The notes under the pieces were generated by a model. That model made no database searches. It saw only the letters and a program-made list of their open reading frames with translations, and had not been told where the DNA came from. Of a stretch of 64,000 nucleotides of DNA, positions 58,921 to 64,000 are shown piece after piece (positions within the stretch are counted from its first letter, which is position 1; the number at the start of each line of letters is the position of its first letter). The stretch lies in the NCBI RefSeq assembly GCF_009914755.1, contig NC_060934.1, one strand, 5' to 3'. Made by a program: the position numbers and the translations under genes. Origin of the DNA: the human T2T-CHM13v2.0 reference genome, Homo sapiens.

Positions 58921-59306
58921 TGCTGTGGTTTCAGTGTCTGTGTCCCCTCCAAAATTTGTGTTGAGACTTAATCCTCAATACAATGGTATTAAGAGGTGGG
59001 CTTTTGGGAGGTGATTAGGCCATAAGAGCTCTTCCCTCATGGAGAGGATGAGCGCTTTATAAAAAGGCTTGGGGAGCAAGTTCACCTCTTCATTCCTTTA
59101 CCCTTTCATTCCTTCCACCCTGTGAGGACACACATTCAAGCCACCATCTTGAAAACAGAGACCAGATTCTCACCAGACACTGACCCTGCTGGTGCCTTGA
59201 TTTTTGACTTTCTATCCTCCAGAACTGCAAGAAAATACATTTCTGTTTCTTAGAAATGATCCAGTCTCAGGTATTTTTTTTAAAGAAGCAGAAACAGACT
59301 AAGACA
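58921..59306 (+). mobile_element. MSTD/MLT1A-like ERVL-MaLR solo LTR
   Basis: TGCTGTGGTTTCAGTGTCTGTGTCCCCTCCAAAATT...CCAGTCTCAGGTATT...CAGACTAAGACA. Confidence 0.82.
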
Positions 59307-59522
59307 CATGCTCGCCTACGTATCTCTAGTTATACTTTCCATAACATTCATGAGAGGATGCCTCTGTAATAAACTTGGATAATGTCATACTGCAGAAGAA
59401 AGGTTTTCCACACACTCTGTGCTGCAGGCTGCATTATGAGCTCCTCAGAAGCAGGTGCATGTTGTCATGTATCTCAGTAGCATCATTGTCTTACATCAGG
59501 TCTGCAAAAGAACAGGTATTTT

Positions 59523-59715
59523 CAGTGGGGTGCTGGAGCAGGTTTGCGCCAGCTCATGAGAATCAATTCTATGCATCTTCCCCCAACTCTGTATCCAGTG
59601 ATGTTCTGTTTGTAGGTAAAATGGCCATGCTAAGAATATTTACACCAAAAAATTGACAAACACCACAAATACATCATTTTTTTTCCCTAGAAACCATTCT
59701 CCCAATACATCACTA
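59523..59715 (+). mobile_element. MER63A-like hAT-Blackjack MITE
   Basis: Starts CAGTGGGGTGCTGGAGC, with internal GCATCTTCCCCCAACTCTG and AATATTTACACCA. Homologous to 9838-10050 in the opposite orientation. Confidence 0.7.
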
Positions 59716-60721
59716 GCATGCTTCTTACATATTTGCTAAGTGAATGAAGACACAAAGCTTTTATCTAAAGATGTGGAAACCAGCTTTTTTTTTTGTACAG
59801 TGCTATTTAAAGGATTTTCTTCTGTGCAGGTAGGAGGGGTAGACTATCTGGATGTGCAGGTGGAGAATGACAGATGCAGAGGCCTGCAGCCAGCATAAGG
59901 CATCACAGGCCTGCAGAACTATGGAGGGCAGGACCCCTGCCATCTCATCTGACACCTAGCTCAGGTCAGAAGGGGAAAGGGACTGCAAGATGTGCTCATA
60001 GGTATTGTTCCAAAGCAGATCCACGGGCACCTGAGGGAAATCCTCCAAATTAAGCAATTACTGGTTTCCCCTGTGGGTCTTGAATAGCGCTAGTGAGTAC
60101 AAGATTCTTGCTTTTCATGCTTTTGTATTAACTGGTAATTATTTGTATCTGTTCTGTTTTTTCAAACATGCGTTAGATTGAGTGGGTGGGTCTAAATTGA
60201 AATATTAACTACTGCACACATCAGTATCTTCAAGAAATTCTACCTCTCATGCTTTAAGGAAGTGTTGATTAAAGATCTAAAGTCACATCAAGAGAAAAAT
60301 AAAGGTGATTCTGGGGGCCTATAAATACTAACGGACTTCTCCTCTCGTTATGCAATTGAATTCTGTCATGACTTACATGGTAAGATCAGGTGTATTCTTT
60401 GAGAACTGCCACCCAATCTGTGGGAAGTTGCTATGGAAAGAGAGAGTTAATTAGTTTCCACAAATACTTAAATCTCACCTGGGATTATTTTGGTCACAGA
60501 AAGATTTCAGGTCAATGTGTTGAAAGTAAAATTATGCTTTGTTGATACCTCACATTTCAGACAGCGATTTATTTTTCAGGGTCTAATGACTCCCGATAAA
60601 GTCTTTTTCTTTTTGCTTGTGAAATCTAAAGATTTTCTGGAAATCGTTAAAGGGGCAGAAATAAAAACACAGTCCAGTAAGAGACTTCACACAGCCATCT
60701 TGGTAAAAAGAAGTTAAAGAC

Positions 60722-61195
<474 letters not shown>

Positions 61196-61959
61196 TTAAT
61201 TCTCACAGTCCTATAGATCAAGCCCAAAATAATCAATATATTTTATTGAATCTTAGTTGGTTCTTGGTCTTGGAATGGATTAACTGATGAACTGATCAGC
61301 TGTCTAGCTGTTTTCCCTAATTGTTTTATCAAGAAATTGATATGTTTTCTGGCTGCTATCACTATGTTCTTGCTGTAAGTGTGATGAACTTTGACATTAG
61401 ATTCCAGGAAAAATTTCAGGCGGAAGTCCCTCACTTTTTCTAAATGCAAAGCAATGATCTCTGGTACTGAGTGCATCTTTCTTGGGAATGGCCAAACCTT
61501 AGCCTTGCTGGACATGGTATGATGAATGAGACAGCCTAGACACTTCTGTAGGGGCCTGGCTGAGTCGTGCTCCCATGGCAAAGCAAACTTCCAGCTGCTT
61601 TTTTGTTTCTTGGGATGTGGGGCATGCTCCCTGAGAACTCACTCTGGAAGGACTGAGGCTTTGACAGCCAGCCCCTTGGTCTTCTGGTGTCCACTAGAGC
61701 CTCTTACCTGACCTATGCTTAGATGAAGCCTTATGAATTGGCTGCGTTCCAAAAAGAACGGTGTCCTAATCTCCCAGCAACCAAGGCCCTGTCAGGCTTG
61801 TGGTACAAGATTCCAGTAGCTACCTGTACCTCCTGTTCATCCAAGCCTCAGGCAGCTGAGACAGCACAGGGATTCAGTAAAAATGGATTCTTTGATCCAG
61901 CAATAAGTCAAAATTGAAATTGGAGGGCAGAAGTTTACAGATGCAAGCATGTATGCAGG

Positions 61960-62115
61960 TAGTTAGTTAATGAAGTTTCCTTCGTGCTCTCTGTGTACAT
62001 GCACCACCTTAAGCACTTTGCAAATATCAACTACTTCACCCCTCATAAGGAAGCCATCTTATTATGTAGACCCTATCATCTCATCTTACAGATGAGGAAA
62101 CTGGAGCCACAGGTC
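61960..62115 (-). mobile_element. MIR relic
   Basis: TTAAGCACTTTGCAAATATCAACT...CATCTTACAGATGAGGAAACTGGAGC, the antisense MIR core. Confidence 0.65.
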
Positions 62116-64000
62116 TTTGCTCTGTGTTACCAGACCGGTGTGCTCCTAAAACAAGTAATACATCGAGGAGCTGCCTCTGGGGAGGCCCGTGGGTCTAGGC
62201 ATGGGAAGAGAAGGGGAATTTCCACTGTATGCCTGTGTCTTGGTTTGGGTTCTCTAGAAAGAGAACCTGAAACCAGGATTCAGTGGAAGTGGGAGGCTAC
62301 TCGGTGTTCCAAAATAAAGAGGAGCTGGGAGCTGAGACTGGGGAGGGAGAATGAAATGGGGGTGCAGTATCTGGCGAAGTCTCACCGAGGGAAACTTTGG
62401 TCCAGTCCTGCAGTGTGCGATGGAGGCCCTGTAGTTCCCGCAGAACACATCAAGGCTGGGAGCTGAGGCATTCATTCCCCCTCTTTCCGGGTGCTGTTCT
62501 GGGATGCCCCGGAAGTACAATGAAAGCACTTCCAGTTCCAGCAGCCCGCTGGCTGAGCTACCACATGGGCCTCCATTGTGAAGAAAGTGGTAGGAAATGT
62601 GGAAGCGGCCAAGGCATTTGGGGCAGGGGATGGTACCCACTGCTGATGATTTGTGCACTTGGAATGGATTCTTATTTTTTTTCTGAATGAAGGACTTATT
62701 GGCACTTACCACTCCAAGTGCATTACTGAGAACAGGTCTAAGAGGGCAAGGAGAGGGTACTTGAGGGCAGACGCTGGAGATGAAGAAATGGACAAGAGGG
62801 GGCCGGGGGTCCTGAGGACACTGTCACCCTGCTCACCACATGAGGAGGTCTCACTACCCATCCAAGAGTGAGACCCAACCTGAGGAAGAGGATTCTGGTA
62901 TGGCTCCTTCCTCAGCTCCCCTCTGGCAGGACACTGACTCCCATGTCCAGACACTGCTCTGTAGGAGTAGGAGGAGGATATGGAGAAGGAGGAGCAGGCA
63001 GAGGAACTGGAGGGAGACCCGATGTCTGGGGAAGGAGAAATGGACAAAGAGAATACATGTGACTGAGGTCTAGCATGACCTTGGGAATCTGGCCATCTCA
63101 GGCAACCACATGCCTGCCCCACAGAGGTGTCCTCCCTCTGCCTGAGGAACACAGTCTTGTGACTGTAGAATGAAGAGCAGAAGGTGGGCCAGATGATGGT
63201 GGTGTTCAATGGGATATACAGGCCGAGGTCATCCTCAGGGACATGTAGCCCCAGAAGTCCCTGCCTTCTTCCTTCACCCAACAGTATCAAAGCCTTGGGG
63301 AATTCCTTCTGGAATCCTGTACTCCAGAAGCTCAGGGAAGAGTACTGGAGAGGGAGTCACCAGGACCTGGGCAGCCATGATGGGAAAGGAGAGCTAAAGC
63401 TCATCAGATGAGAGACACCCTGGTCTAAGGAGTTCACTAAAGGAAGGGAGCTGGAGCTAAGAGTTTGTAGAGTGGTTTTCTACTAAGCATCCTCAAGGAG
63501 TTCATTCCCTGTGGTCACCTCATCACTGACAAGTGTCAGAGCCTTCAGACTTATCCTCCCTTGCATATTCTCACCCCCTAGTTCTCCAAGTGGCTGGTGA
63601 GGAGGGGAGGGGAGCCCTAAATCTTCTCAGCATCTGACATGCCTCCTCCAAAGATTTTTCCCCAGTTCATCTTCCCATTCTCTTATTTGTTTTCTCAAGA
63701 CAACAACAAGAATGAAAGAATGAAAAGCATTTTTTTTAAAGAAAGAGAGCAAGAAGAGGGCACTCATAAACAGGATGAAAGAGGCACAGAAAGGGGGAAT
63801 GCTTCTTTTGAAAGCAGATTGGCAAGTACCATTACAGAGCTAAGACTTTTTAAAATGGACCAGATCAAACATACTTGTTTTCTAAAGAATCAGAGAATTC
63901 AATGAGATAAAGGCTGCTGTCTGCTCTACAGAGGACCTCCCACTGCCCTGTGCCTTTTGGCTGCACACTAGGGGCTCAGTTTACCAACAGAAGCTCTGGC

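Noticed and set aside
62254-63411. ORFs of up to 194 aa near the right end (likewise 21901-22591 and 42760-43332)
   Set aside because: They have no recognisable domain and mostly non-ATG starts, and they overlap on both strands as expected by chance in GC-rich DNA.

Overview
This is primate (human-like) non-coding genomic DNA. I cannot support any host protein-coding exon, RNA gene or CRISPR array. Much of the window is interspersed repeats: an AT-rich nest of old L1M pieces with younger insertions at about 2.2-12.7 kb, 11 Alus, three 5'-truncated L1PA copies, a complete THE1A LTR-internal-LTR element with an intact 5-bp TSD, several solo MaLR/ERV LTRs, hAT-type MITEs (MER53, MER63, MER20-like), and MIR/L2 relics. 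The region at about 12.7-33 kb is GC-rich and carries several unrelated minisatellites. The only long ORF (549 aa) is the C-terminal part of LINE-1 ORF2, fused in frame to ATGs in the flank and TSD. The best leads are: (i) a candidate minus-strand TATA + TCT promoter and first exon at about 21.7-21.9 kb, flanked by two CAGGTG-rich minisatellites; (ii) the L1PA2-like ORF fusion and its possibly transduced tail; (iii) an 80-bp array with a 239-bp higher-order repeat; (iv) a THE1A 3' LTR that keeps a DUX4-type motif and a splice donor; (v) a MER53 hairpin with a miR-1302-like arm. None of these establishes a new biological system. Repeat subfamily names come from recalled consensus sequences and need RepeatMasker/Dfam confirmation.
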